A stretch of 64,000 bases of DNA, from NCBI GenBank assembly GCA_002633005.1, contig NMRA01000040.1, forward strand, positions 1,175,805-1,239,804. Direction: 5' to 3'. Positions 1-12,998 of this stretch are shown in pieces. Positions within the stretch are counted from its first letter, which is position 1. The number at the start of each line of letters is the position of its first letter. Under the pieces are notes generated by a model. It did no database searches and was not told the DNA's origin. It saw only the letters and a list, made by a program, of their open reading frames with translations. Source of the DNA: Phoronis australis. Its lineage: Eukaryota; Animalia; Phoronida. A program made the position numbers and the translations under genes.

Positions 1-1267
1 AAGGATTAGGTGATTTGACATGGGATTAGTACAGTCTACAGCTAATTGTGACTGGCTCTGTTGGTCTATTCTGTAAAGCGTATTCCTGTTCATATCATTT
101 TAACTGTAAAGGTTATATTGTGGATGTGCTGCTGAGATGAGGTACAAGTTTCAGTTTTCTCAAAAACATTTGTGTAGCATTTTCACTGGATTTGATATAG
201 ATTTGAGATGTCAGTTCAGACTAAACATCAATAAAAATGGACTGGGTTACTATTTCTGCTTGGTATAAATTTCAGTCTGCACGCTATGAATATCGACGAG
301 ATTATAAAAAATAGTCTACCAATCCTGAGGCTGGCCTAGCTATGGAAAATATGACTAATATTTCAAGGCCTCTTTTCGTCAATATGTATACAAAAAGGAG
401 CTCAATTCTTGGTCTCATTTTCCATGTTTGGCTTGTTATGAACATCACCTCAGATTTGGAAACCCTAATACACCCCCTACTGTAAAAACGATTGCCACAC
501 ACGTGTGGTTATGTTCCATAGACACGAGAAAGTGGCAAAAACACAAGATTGGGCAAGTCTTTGAGAGATATTGCCATGTATTCAAACAAAGTGCATGATC
601 ACTCTAGATTTCTTTGCAAGATTCTTGCATCTATAGAATTTAACCCAAGTTTTGGTTATGTTGAAATAAGCCTTCTTGCTTCTCTTCAAACCAGTTAGAA
701 GTTTTCTGCACCAATTACAATTGGTCACAATTACTGTTCTTACATTATGGACTAAAATAGTTAATAAACCACCAACTTGGCATTCTTGCAACAGTTGAAT
801 TTGCAATTTCTTCTCTATACTAGGTTTACAACTGAAAAATGCTGCCCTATTTAGTTGGCTATGAAATGAAAATCTAAGGCCTTTTACTCTCATAAAAGTT
901 TTTACCTAGATAGGATTCTGTATCCCTCACCAATAAGGACAAACCATTAGTGACTGAAGAAAATGCTTCGGTTTTCTGAGGTTGCTCAACCCTTAAATCA
1001 CAAATTCAAAATTGGTGCATTGCCGGCTAGATCATTTGGCAACAATTTGAAATCAGATGAGCGTGTTAATGTTTTTAAACCCCAAAGCGCTCTAGTTAAC
1101 AATTTACCATTATTAGCCAAACAGCGGTGTAATGCCATTTTGACTGACTTAACTTGGGCCGTAACCTAGATGACAATGCAGCAACTGAAAGTTGTGACCA
1201 CCTGATGCCCACTGCTTACGTGTCAATTAAACGGAAGACTTAACCAGTGTGTACTCATTTGTTGCAG

Positions 1268-1364
1268 GTTCAAGCAATTGTTAAGGCAGGTAGCATGAGG
1301 GCCAAGAGCTCAAGATCGTCCATTCACGTGACCACATTTCAGTTAGCTACGGATGATGAACCTT
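1268..1364 (+). CDS. ANOS1: Anosmin-1-like gene, internal exon (end of a FN3 repeat); upstream exons not identified in this window
   Basis: ttgcag|GTTCAA...GAACCTT|gtaagt; 97 nt, phase 0-1; reads VQAIVKAGSMRAKSSRSSIHVTTFQLATDDEP, resembling the anosmin FN3 end (VQAI..G..R.KS..S.H.T as recalled from vertebrate anosmin). Confidence 0.8.
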
Positions 1365-3138
1365 GTAAGTGTAACTTCTGCAGTAATGTACTGTAACTTT
1401 CTCACCTTAGTTCATTAGCACTGTATAAATAGGTATAAAACAAAACTTTAGCATGAACATGTCACTAAACTGCTTAACCCCAGGTAGAGATGCAATGTCC
1501 TGATGACTGGCTATTCAAGGTTGTTTGCATTTGATGCGCCCACATGTTTTTATGTACCTACATATTTATATGTGGACACATTACGATGTCATTCACGCTC
1601 GTCTGTCCGGCGTCTGTAGCTGTATCTCCAAAACCCTTTTGACTAATGTTCATGAAATTTTGCACGTGCTCCTTTCATGGATGGGACAGCATGAATGAAC
1701 TTTCGGACGGATCCCACTAACGGTGTACCCCCTGGTGGCAACTTTAGTTTTTTACGTTTACCTCTGTATCGTCAAAGGTCCTCAACGTATTTGCGTAAAA
1801 TTTGGCATAAATCAGTGAGATGACACTATCCTCCCGTTTTCGAATGGATTCGACGTAATTTGTGCCACCTAGTGAACATCTTTACCATTTTCAAGTCTGT
1901 TTTTTTGGCATTCACCCTTTTATCAACCAAACCGCTCTGAGGATGATTGGAAAAATTAGCATGTATGTTCTTACCATGAAGAGGATGGCTCATGATGATT
2001 TTCCGACAACTTTTGACTACTGTGGGGCCTCCTAGTGGCAGTTTTGTTTTTTTGCGCCAATGGCTGTGTCTCCTAAACCGCTTGCAGGATCTTTACTAAA
2101 TTTAGCAAGTGTATTTATATGAATGTTGACAACAGACGATGACCACTTTCGGATCTGACGACCAGTGTGCCCCCTAGTGGCATATTTATTTTTTACGTTA
2201 TTACCGCTTATCTTCTAAGGTCCTCAATGGATTTTCAGGAAATTTGGATTACAAGAATCTATTGGTGAGATGATGCCATTTTCGAATGAAATCGAGGTAT
2301 TTTGCGCTACCATTTTTGCTGTTCTTGAGAGTTTTTTGGCATCTACCCCTCTGTCAACTGAACCATTCTAAGGATGATTTTGAAAATGTCGGTCTCAGTG
2401 TGAAGAGGATGGTTGATGATGACTGCTGTGGCATCTCCTAGTGGTAGTTTTGTTTTGTTTTGCGCCCATAGCTGTATCTCCTAAATCCACTGCAGAATCT
2501 TTAAATTTAGTACATGTATTTACGTGAAACAAACAACAGACGATGACTTTCAGGTGGATCCAACGAACGCTGTGACCCCTGTTGGCAATTTAATTATTTT
2601 CCGTTTTCGTTTGTTTCTCTGAAGTTCCTTGACAGATTTTTAAGAAATTTTATAAATAGTTTTTTTCGTTAACCTCTGTATCTTCAAAGGTCCTCAACGG
2701 ATTTTTATAAAATTTGGCATAAAGGCATCTATTAGTGAGATGATGCTATCTCTTTTTCCGGATGGATTTGATGTAGTTTGCGCCATTTTTACTGTTTTTG
2801 GCGTTCAGCCCTCTCTCAACCAAACCGCTCTAAGGATAATTATGAAAATTGGCATGTATGTTGTTACTATGAAGAGGATGGCTCATGATGATTTTCCGAC
2901 AACTTCGACTACTGTGGTGCCTCCTAGTGGAAGTTCTTTTGCGCCCGTAACTGTATCTCCTAAACCGATTGCAGGATCGTTATTAAAGTTAGTTGGTATA
3001 TTTATATGACGCTAACAGCAGATGACGACGTTTAGGCGGATCCAACGAACACTGTGCCCCTAGTGGCAATTTTTTTTTCGTTTTCTTTTGTTTCTCTGAA
3101 GTTTTATGAAATTTGGTGAATCGCTTTCTATTAAAGTA

Positions 3139-5421
3139 CGGTAAAGTCACGTGATTTTCGGACACTGAAAATTAATTCCAATAGAAAAAATTCATTCTTG
3201 GACGAATCTCGCGAAATATCATTTTGTGGTGTCCGAATTTGGCGGACCTCCAAATTTGGGTTTCCGCTAGTGTCCGAATTTCGTGGCCGGGTGTACATTA
3301 TTTCGAAGAGCTGTCGTAGTATCAACAATGCTGGCTAGGTCATTTGATAGCAGTATAATTGCAGGTAAATGAGACTCGAATGGTCTGAGCGATTAATTTT
3401 TGAAAATCTGGCTTTCCCAATAAGAAATGTGCGTCGTCGACGCACAAAGTCCGTTCCCAACAAGTGTTGGTTCTTCTTTTCAAAGATGTGCTTTCTCAAT
3501 ATGAAATATTCGGCTTGCATTTCCGATGCTCAAAAACCGCTCTCGGCAAGAGACGGAATCTTTTCAAAACTGCGCTATCTCACTTGAAATATCGGCCGGG
3601 CTGCGTTGTGAAGAGTCTTCCTGTTGACAAATATGGGCTTTTCAATGAGTGGGTCTGGTTTGCGTTGTTGACGCACATGAAACGTTACAGACAACCGATT
3701 CTGTTTTGTAAAAATGCGTTTTCTCAATAAAAAAATGTCGAGTTTGCGCTGTCAATGCATGGTTTCCCAATAAAAAGCTGGACTTGCGTATTCGGCGCAC
3801 AAAGAGGGTTCCCGACCATCAAAACATGCGCTTTCTCAATTTTAACGAATTTTGCATTAAACGTAACAGTAATGGATGTGGGAACGAGTTCAGTGAAGAA
3901 AGTGACGAACAATGACAAGAACATAGCATATATTTTTGTTTGTTAAACGTATCCATGCATTGTCTGCTGGTTACAAACCGAAACGCAAGTTAACTCTGAC
4001 ACGTTTATTTCCATATTATCTGAAAGCTCAGTTTCAACATAAAAACTTTGATTGAACAATTACCCAAAACAGATTAAAAAGACAATCATGATAATAAAAC
4101 GAGTAGTTTCTCATCTACTCGTGATCCCCATTTGTCGTCGTGGAAGTCGTCTGAATTGTTGAAGAAGCGCTGTCGTTCTACATGTTTAGGCCTACTGCAA
4201 ACGATGGGAATGCGTCGACTAGTACAGTGCTGCGCGGCTGAAGACACGATTAACTAACATATTGTATATATAAGGGCGTTGACTAGAAAGCAAATGCAAT
4301 TTNNNNNNNNNNNNNNNNNNNNNNNNNNNNNNNNNNNNNNNNNNNNNNNNNNNNNNNNNNNNNNNNNNNNNNNNNNNNNNNNNNNNNNNNNNNNNNNNNN
4401 NNNNNNNNNNNNNNNNNNNNNNNNNNNNNNNNNNNNNNNNNNNNNNNNNNNNNNNNNNNNNNNNNNNNNNNNNNNNNNNNNNNNNNNNNNNNNNNNNNNN
4501 NNNNNNNNNNNNNNNNNNNNNNNNNNNNNNNNNNNNNNNNNNNNNNNNNNNNNNNNNNNNNNNNNNNNNNNNNNNNNNNNNNNNNNNNNNNNNNNNNNNN
4601 NNNNNNNNNNNNNNNNNNNNNNNNNNNNNNNNNNNNNNNNNNNNNNNNNNNNNNNNNNNNNNNNNNNNNNNNNNNNNNNNNNNNNNNNNNNNNNNNNNNN
4701 NNNNNNNNNNNNNNNNNNNNNNNNNNNNNNNNNNNNNNNNNNNNNNNNNNNNNNNNNNNNNNNNNNNNNNNNNNNNNNNNNNNNNNNNNNNNNNNNNNNN
4801 NNNNNNNNNNNNNNNNNNNNNNNNNNNNNNNNNNNNNNNNNNNNNNNNNNNNNNNNNNNNNNNNNNNNNNNNNNNNNNNNNNNNNNNNNNNNNNNNNNNN
4901 NNNNNNNNNNNNNNNNNNNNNNNNNNNNNNNNNNNNNNNNNNNNNNNNNNNNNNNNNNNNNNNNNNNNNNNNNNNNNNNNNNNNNNNNNNNNNNNNNNNN
5001 NNNNNNNNNNNNNNNNNNNNNNNNNNNNNNNNNNNNNNNNNNNNNNNNNNNNNNNNNNNNNNNNNNNNNNNNNNNNNNNNNNNNNNNNNNNNNNNNNNNN
5101 NNNNNNNNNNNNNNNNNNNNNNNNNNNNNNNNCCCGTTACACCAATTCTCAGATTCAAGCCTTATAGAGTATTAATCATCCGTTGAACGCTTTAGTGACA
5201 TGGGAGTTGCGTCGATCCCAAATTAGCGTTTCTAAAATTTTCCTTGTCCGAAAGTCGCGGGGCAAAAATCCGACGTTTATGACATTGTCCGAAGTTCGAA
5301 GATCATTAAAAAACAGTTTTTGGACCTTGTACGAATTTCGTGGACTATGAAAAACTCATTTCGGAAATATTTATTCTTGGTCGAAAATGGCGGGCCGTCC
5401 GAAAATCACGCGACTTTACCG
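3139..5421. mobile_element. Non-autonomous Tc1/mariner (pogo/Tigger-like) DNA transposon
   Basis: TIRs CGGTAAAGTCACGTGATTTTCGGAC / GTCCGAAAATCACGCGACTTTACCG, TA on both sides (3137-38, 5422-23); removing it rejoins the host repeat unit. Confidence 0.85.
4303..5132. other. Assembly gap (run of N)
   Basis: Continuous N bases. Confidence 0.99.
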
Positions 5422-6402
5422 TAGCGATGGCATTTTCTCATTTTCAGATGGATTGGCCTTTTTTGTGCCATCTAGTGGCCATTTTTGTTAATGAACAACC
5501 CTAGAAGCATCCCGTTTGCGGTGCATTGGTGGGCGCATTTCAATACTCTGCGTTGCGCTTGTTTTTAGTGGAATTTTTAAAATCTGTTGAGGTCTTAAGA
5601 CTTGGAATGTTGTACATTCATAACCAGTTTTCTATTGACAATTTATAATTATAGCAAAAATGTCTTCTTTAGTCAGCATTGAATGCTTAGGCTAGAAATA
5701 CTATATGTCATTTTGTGTAGAATGGAATGTGTTGAAGTATTTGGGCAGCAAGTTTTATATGTTTTGGAATTTCACATGTGCCAAGGCACTGATAAGTGGA
5801 TGTTTAGCGAGGACATATCTGGTACTATTACGACACAATTGCAACCCGCAAATATGAATAACAGTGCACAGTCACATCATATTGTCAAAAATTTGTGTCT
5901 TGGATACTTTGCCCGTTAAGATAACCATGGGGTCATTTTAGTACTTGAAACTATCAAAACTGTGTGTTTGGATACTGAAAAACTGTACATGTATAAAGTA
6001 TAACAATCTGTGTTTCATAATAGAAGTTAGAAATAACCCATTATTGACTGTGGTTTAAGTTAAGCGTCTTTACTATTGGCGTTGCCGAAAAAAGGCTAAA
6101 TCATTGCGATGCTGAAGTCCAAACCACATTTTAAAACCATTCCCAGTAACTGGAAACGTTTCATTATAAAGAATGAGTTATGAACTCTAATTTTCAAAGA
6201 AGTCTAATTGTTATTGGCCACAAGTTGCAACTATTTGATTGAATGAGAAAAAAATGGTCACAGTCAAGTGTATATCGTTATTACAAGTTTAATGTGGTGA
6301 CGACTTATGTGAAGACTTTTGGCATTCCAATTTTAGGATGGGGTCTGATTTTAAGCATTGAGTTACACGAAAATGACGTAACAGTGGTTAATAAATGGGA
6401 AT

Positions 6403-6604
6403 ATCGTAAACATTTTAATGTCTGGTCAGCACGCCACCTGTGTTCATATCACGTGACCTAATGAATATAAAGAATTCTGCCCCAACTGGGACTCGAACCC
6501 AGGATCTAACGGTAACCATACAGACCCTCTAGTCTACTGAGCCACTGGGACCACTGGTCGAATTGGACTTAGTATTGGGCATCTCATTCTTGAACTCCTG
6601 AGTA
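6403..6604 (-). mobile_element. tRNA-related interspersed repeat, copy 1
   Basis: Minus strand has A-box TGGCTCAGTAG and B-box GGTTCGAGTCC; homologous over ~200 bp to 8391-8612 in opposite orientation. Confidence 0.7.
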
Positions 6605-8013
6605 AATATAAATTTGTAGATCTCAAACCAGCATGGAAATGTAGATCACAAATAAGATCTACATATTTATACACTTGGGAACCCAATGGTCGTCCGCCTA
6701 AGCATAAAACCGGCTTGTTATCATACTCACCAAATTATTCCATTTCAAAGTTATGCTCTGAATAGGATTTGATTTCTCTCTCACAAATATATAGTATTCG
6801 TTGATTCAAACGTTTTCTTTTACTTATGCCATGTTATTTCAACTGTGTACTGCTTTTCGGCAGCCATTTTATGATTCCTAAGGTCGCCATATGCTGCTGC
6901 CTTGTGAAAGAACAGAAAACCACGCAGAAAAAGGCCAAGAAAATAGTGGAAAGTGGTTTACAACAATTCTAGTTCAACCACAAACTGTTTTACTGGTATT
7001 TTATTGATTTTTAAATCGATTAAAATTGGTTCATAATTTCAGTTCTGGAAAATGAATCGCTATTGTTTTATTCCAGATAGATCTTCTATTTGTGTCCTCT
7101 TTGTTTGACTTTTTCCTCTTGTTGTTCTTAACACCACTTATCTCTGCTGTCTTTCTTTTTCTTTTCGGTTTTTCTTCATTCTCTGTTAACACCTTGTCAG
7201 CCAAAACAGAACTGTAACCCCGGCTTTGAAACTTGGTCAGCGGAAGTTGATCATTGAACCTCGATACAGTTGTTCTAATAAATTACCCGATATCGTAGTG
7301 TTTGATTTTTTTCTCACCTTTAACAGGCAATCATAAATAAATAAATGAATACCGAAGTTGCATTTGTATTTTATTGCTCAACCTCTTCTTTTATTTTTAA
7401 TTATGTCATGCTGTGTTGTGTGTAAAAATGCAACATAGTGAAATAAAGTTAATGTTTTACTTTATTGGTGGCCATTCTCTATCAAATCAAGTATTTTAAT
7501 TTACTTCAAATAAATCCAAAATTTCTTAAACAAGAATTTCAACATAAATGTTCAGCTCAGTTCTGTGTTTTGCAATAAAAAAAACAAGTGGACAATATTT
7601 TGATGACCAAGGCGTGGGCCGAAATTGTTAAGCACACAGCGTGTTGCATTTGTCTGTTGCGTTTTTCCTTTGGCCTAAGAGGTGTCGGTTAGTGGCTGGG
7701 ACAAATAGATACATTGCATAAACAATCCCAGTATTGTTTTTGTTCCGTCTGAAGAAAATTTAATTTCGAAAATATCTTCTGAAAATGAAGAAAAAAGTGC
7801 ATTAGTAAAATCTACAAATTTTTAAGTGGTCTCAAAAAACAGTCGGTAAATGCACTTGTTTTCGTCTCAGTTCTTCGATGCGTGTTAGTCCCGAGAGGTT
7901 AGTACCTAAGGCGCAGACACGACCATTCTAGATTGGAACGCTAAGTTCCACGTAGCTGCGCTGCACGCGAAAGGAGATGGCGGACAACCATTGGAGCCTG
8001 ATGACTATATCCG

Positions 8014-8015
<2 letters not shown>

Positions 8016-8053
<38 letters not shown>

Positions 8054-8237
8054 ATGCATCCTTCTGCTGCATCTGTGGCAGATTGTCACCCACCTTTACA
8101 GTGCAACATGTTATATAACTTTTGTAATTACTGATATCTGTAGTAGTTTAGTTTGTCATAATATATATGACCTTTTATCTCAACTACATGTGTTGTTTCA
8201 CTGTAAACTAGCTTCGGTATCGCTTCGCAGTTAGCGC

Positions 8238-8311
<74 letters not shown>

Positions 8312-8328
8312 TTATATATATATATATT

Positions 8329-8365
<37 letters not shown>

Positions 8366-8392
8366 ATTTATATATATATATATATATATATA
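8016..8392. repeat. (TA)n microsatellite split by a ~190 bp insert (8049-8238)
   Basis: TA runs at ~8016-8049 and ~8239-8392; the insert begins TGCG and ends CGCA. Confidence 0.9.
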
Positions 8393-8612
8393 CCCAAGAG
8401 TTCAAGGGTGAAATGCCCACTACTAAGTCTGATTTGATTTCTGTATTCGACTGGTTGTACCAATGGCTCAGTGGACTAGAGCATCTGCATGGTTAACAGA
8501 AGGTCCTGGTCTGAGTCCTGGTTGGGGCAGAAATTTTTTCAGACTCATATTCATTAGGTTATGTGATGTGGCCACAGCTGGCATGCTGACCAGACTTTAA
8601 AATGTTTACGAT
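8391..8612 (+). mobile_element. tRNA-related interspersed repeat, copy 2
   Basis: TGGCTCAGTGG A-box and degenerate B-box GGTCTGAGTCC; inverted homolog of 6403-6604. Confidence 0.7.
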
Positions 8613-8784
8613 GTACATTTCAGGCCAATTTCTGTTTTACATATTTGATAAATGGGAATATGTTGATGCAAGGAAAAGTTGATGATGCTGATTGGTGAGA
8701 TAAGTGATGACGAGTTAAGCATTATAACTTGCAGGGAATGTACACCTATACCCATGTTTTACCTTTGATAAACTTTGACTCCAG

Positions 8785-8919
8785 TTACACCCACCAGAGG
8801 TCACCCCAGTCTGATATTTGTGGGTAAGCCACGTCTGGACTCTGTTGAGGTGGGTGAGCCATACTACGACTCTGAGGAGAAAGATCTTAGAGCAGCCATC
8901 AGCTGGAGCCAACCCAAGG
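8785..8919 (+). CDS. ANOS1: Anosmin-1-like exon (start of next FN3 repeat)
   Basis: ctccag|TTACAC...CCAAGG|gtaggt; 135 nt, phase 1-1; (F)TPTRGHPSLIFVGKPRLDSVEVGEPYYDSEEKDLRAAISWSQPK matches the anosmin 'EVG.P[FY]Y...L.....W' motif. Confidence 0.85.
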
Positions 8920-9257
8920 GTAGGTGCAGGCCATGAACACATTTACCCTACAGATTAAAGTGTTTCAAATAGTGTAAAGTCGTCTTTTTGGAGCTTGTGC
9001 TATAGCTGTTGTTATCACCCTAAAAGTCATATCACCAATATCTGTAGTTAACTCACAAATATCAGAATACAAGAAACTTTTTGTTAAGTAAAATTATGTC
9101 ATTGCTTATGTTTTTCATTTTGTTCCAATGGGTGCATGTCCTGCTGATATCATACAAAGCATTATGTAGTATACCTATTTCAGGAAAATGGAGTCGGCTC
9201 TTCAGCGCTTGTGTGCAGTTGGCCTCCGTAATTATCACATGTCTCACTGTTCCTTAG

Positions 9258-9352
9258 GTGCTCAAGCTGACAAGTATTTAATTCGCTGGGAATGCTTAGA
9301 AGACAAGCAGTCAACTGATGGTGCTAAAAAGGCTAAGTTTGCCACAACACAT
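9258..9352 (+). CDS. ANOS1: Anosmin-1-like exon
   Basis: ccttag|GTGCTC...ACACAT|gtaagt; 95 nt, phase 1-0; (G)AQADKYLIRWECLEDKQSTDGAKKAKFATTH, like anosmin 'Y..RW.....TH'. Confidence 0.85.
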
Positions 9353-10217
9353 GTAAGTATGGCAGTTTTGTACAGAGCTTGATCTCTCTCAGTTTATGTT
9401 CTGTTAAAAACAAAAGAAATTTCGAAATGAAGTAAGTTAAGTTTCAGTACTCATTTCAGTGCTTCTTCAGATTTTTAGTGGCAATGTTTTCTTTGATGTA
9501 GTTTTGTACCCTAAACCACAATTTAATGTCAGAAACAACCCTGCCAGATTAGCTGTTAAAACACCCTCCTTAATCTGAACTGATGACCCAAATTTATGTC
9601 AATATTGTGAATGAAGCTACTGAAATCTAAAGCAGAAAATTGAAAAAAAATGCAACCTATCTGAGCGGCACCTCCACATTATCCCCCCAATACATTGAAT
9701 GCCCCCCTCCCAGCTGTTAAACTGAGACATTTAAATGAAAAGTTAGTTGTTTCAGTTGTTATATTTTCACACTTTGGCATGTACTATGTGCTTAGCTACC
9801 TTTTGCTTGAGGCTGCTGCATTAGAACATAGTTCTTTTCTCTGCGCCTAGACTTAGGGTAATGAGCACTTTAAATGCAGTAATTGGGATGATATGTAGTT
9901 CAAATTGTGATATTTTGTTATGGTTCGCTTGATTTTTTGAAATATTTAAATCATAATGAGTGGCCCACCCACTAGTTAATGTTCCCACTTTTAAACGTTT
10001 TGGATGTTGTTTTCAGTTCCTTGAAAATTCCTTGTTGTCCAGTAAATCAACTCCAGTATATTGTAAAGCAGCAATTCCCACACTTTGTTAGTTTGATTAG
10101 TTTAGCAGAAAATTGTCGGTTTGTTCATTTTTTTATTCAATTCATTTGGAAATTAATGTCGATTATCCTTTAATCAAAAGGAGAAACAACATATTCCAAA
10201 ATTGTCCAATTTTCCAG

Positions 10218-10395
10218 GAGTCTAGCTTCACATTATATGGTCTGCAGTACAACTGTCAGCACTCTGTCAAAGTAGACACTGTACTGAGGGACAAGAGCAA
10301 GGGTGACACAAGCTTAAAGTACTTTCCCACGCCTCTTTGCAGCGATGTTATTGTCATTGGCTACCAGCCACCTCACTGTGAGCACGAGGTCGCAA
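10218..10395 (+). CDS. ANOS1: Anosmin-1-like exon (FN3 C-terminal half plus Cys-containing linker)
   Basis: ttccag|GAGTCT...TCGCAA|gtaagt; 178 nt, phase 0-1; ESSFTLYGLQYNCQHSVKVDTVLRDKSKGDTSLKYFPTPLCSDVIVIGYQPPHCEHEVA with the anosmin-type 'L..L...C...V.V ... F.TP.CS......P..C' pattern. Confidence 0.9.
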
Positions 10396-12613
10396 GTAAG
10401 TCAAGTTTGTGTTTGTCAGGTTGTTTTAGATTTTCAAAATGCAGCAGTCTGTCCCTATCCTTTTACAGAAGGCTTTTTTCCACATAGATCAAGAAAATGA
10501 CAATGAAGTGCTTGTGAATTATCTACACCTTTTGTTTTGATTTCATACTGATGTCATATATGTATCTTGTGATAACAGTGAATCTACAGTCTGCATCTAT
10601 TTCTGCCTCTCGGGGCAATGTATTATTGCTATTTTCCTATTTGCTCACATTTTTTCTGTCATTATTGTCAGTTTTTGCCTGAAAATGGTGGTTTTAAGTC
10701 TTTTGAAATGTTGGATTAGTGTAAAAATCAAATATATGTGACTGTCAATGAACTTCATACTGTTTTTGTTGATAATTGCCTACAGATTATTCACTGGATA
10801 TTTTATTAAAACTCTACTTAACAATAATGGTTATCTATTTCTGTCTACTAGAGATTTTGAAAAGAAGAGAGACAAAATCAACAATTCTGATCAGACCATT
10901 GAGCATAGAAATTATGGAAGTTAGCAGTTTTGAATTTATAGATGCTTATGCTGCTTCTCTGTCGTTTCGTGGTGTCATGTTTGCTGTTAAAGTTGTCTCC
11001 AACCATATTTAGTGACCTCTATTCTAACTCGTATATCAAAAAAACTAAACTTTGTCAACTTGTAACAGTATGTATTTTCTGAAAGAAAAAAAGATTAGGC
11101 AATATCAAAATACCTTTATAGTAATGTACCACTATTATTTTTACGCAAAAACCTTTTTAAGTCAAAATTTTATCTTTAAGAAAGGTACATTTGTAGCAAA
11201 ATAACCCCTCGGTCGATTTTAATAAAACTTTTTTTAAATGAAAACTTCACCAGTTACCTCAAAAACGCTGTTAGGAATTTTCCATTTTATCTTTTCATTC
11301 GGTTTCTATGACAAATCAACTCACAAAACGTGAGGTATCTTTGTTAAAAAACGGAAGTCATATTCGTCTTTGTTACATTACGCAACAAATAGGCCTTTAT
11401 ATAGAAAATCCTAACAGCGTTTTTGTAACTGATGACTAAATATTAAATTAGGGAAGTTTCAGTGAAATCCACTGAGCCATTTTCGAGTTCAAATAAAGTC
11501 AATTTGCCGAAGCCGAGAAAAAGCCGATTAAACTGGGACGAGTGAAAATCTCAAAGTCATCGGTTAATTATTCGATGAAAACTTGTTTTTGGTACACATA
11601 ACCTATACAAGCCTTTAATATGTTCGCTATTTCAACATTCACTTGCAATTTCAACTGATTTTGCAGTGCATAATTAACTTAATTATCATTAAAATGTACC
11701 GTTTCTAGCTCACTCTTACTGTTGTTTGCAACCTATTTTTTATATAAATAGGTCTAGTTCATTGTTATACACATAGCCTGTACATGTTAGTGCTGGGAGA
11801 CTGATATGAAACCAGGTAAGAAATGGGTAACAAAAATCGAATCGGTGGTTAAAGCATGTCGTTAGCATGAGATCGAAACATTGAAATGTCAATTTATTAA
11901 TTGAATGAAGGAATTAAGGTGAGGATTTATCTCTTTTCACAATTTGTTGGGCTCATGACCACAGAGGCCTGAGGCAACCGTAACATTCATTCTCAACGCC
12001 AGTGGTCGTATGCATGTAGACGCACAACTCCCTTAGGATCAAAAGTCTGTTTTGTCTTTGTTTTCCCCGGCACCATTGTACCATAAGTACACCTCGTTTA
12101 CTCAATGTTATGGCGATTTTGTGAATGAAAGGACTGAGGGTACATGAAGCTGTTCTGTACCTGGCAGGAAATTCGATTTGATTGAAAGCCCTTTATCCTT
12201 TGACCTTGGATAAGTAGTAAACAAATATCAATGCGGTTGTGCGGTTCCAAGGTGGTTCTGTTAAATCTTTTTTTCTCGCTACGCAGTATATATTTTGTAT
12301 CTGAAGTTCCCCGAGAATGAAGATAAGGTATTTTACTAGACACATGAAATATTGTAAAAATGGCCATTTTTTGTGAAATCTCTCTTTTCAGTCCATTAAG
12401 TTAAAGTGTAAAAGGAACAGTGTGATTTCATGCAGTGCGTGCGTCCATTTCAGCATTTTGAAACTGCAATCCTTCATTGATCGTTGAGATTACACTGTGT
12501 AATACGTGTAAACATAGGTGAAACTTCATTGTTTTACATATTGTATCCACAGATTATGGTGCTTTCAACCTTTTCTTTGCTACACGACTTCATTGTAGTC
12601 CATGTTTTTCCAG

Positions 12614-12822
12614 AACAAAAAATACCAAGAATGCCACAGAAGGTGGGTTATTCTGTTCTCAGTTTGTCGCCACAAAACTCGAGTGTCGAGATTCGCTGGT
12701 CGCTTGACCCCACTGACATGGCAGCTACTGAGGTTCACGTAATCTGGGGCGAGTCCATAGGGACAGACACTCAACAGCTTACTATGGTGAAAGAGACAGC
12801 TTCTAGGATGGTGCTGAAGAGG
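12614..12822 (+). CDS. ANOS1: Anosmin-1-like exon (N-terminal half of last FN3)
   Basis: ttccag|AACAAA...AAGAGG|gtgagt; 209 nt, phase 1-0; (K)QKIPRMPQKVGYSVLSLSPQNSSVEIRWSLDPTDMAATEVHVIWGESIGTDTQQLTMVKETASRMVLKR. Confidence 0.88.
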
Positions 12823-12998
12823 GTGAGTAAAAAATAGAACCGGAAGCAGATGGGATTTGTGCAGTGCTACAAATGTGTTCAGTCCATAAATGGAGCCAAA
12901 TTTCTACTTTATCTGATGCCACCTTTCCCGTCTTTTAGAAAGAAACATCTTTGTTAATCTTTGTTTTTATTTCGATGAATTTTGAGGTTCATTTTCAA

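Larger units (their letters stand above)
1547..5565. repeat. Interspersed repeat with tandem ~140-160 bp core units (Helentron-associated/HINE-like), interrupted by a TIR element
   Basis: Starts TTTTTATGTACCTACATATTTATATGTGGACACAT (hairpin), then GTCTGTCC microsatellite seed and diverged tandem units containing CCYCTAGTGGCA and AAATTTGGCA; resumes after 5423 and ends ...GCGTTGCGCTTGTTTTT. Confidence 0.7.

Noticed and set aside
4279-5175. Long ORFs of 298 and 291 aa in the ORF track
   Set aside because: Artefacts of translating the N gap
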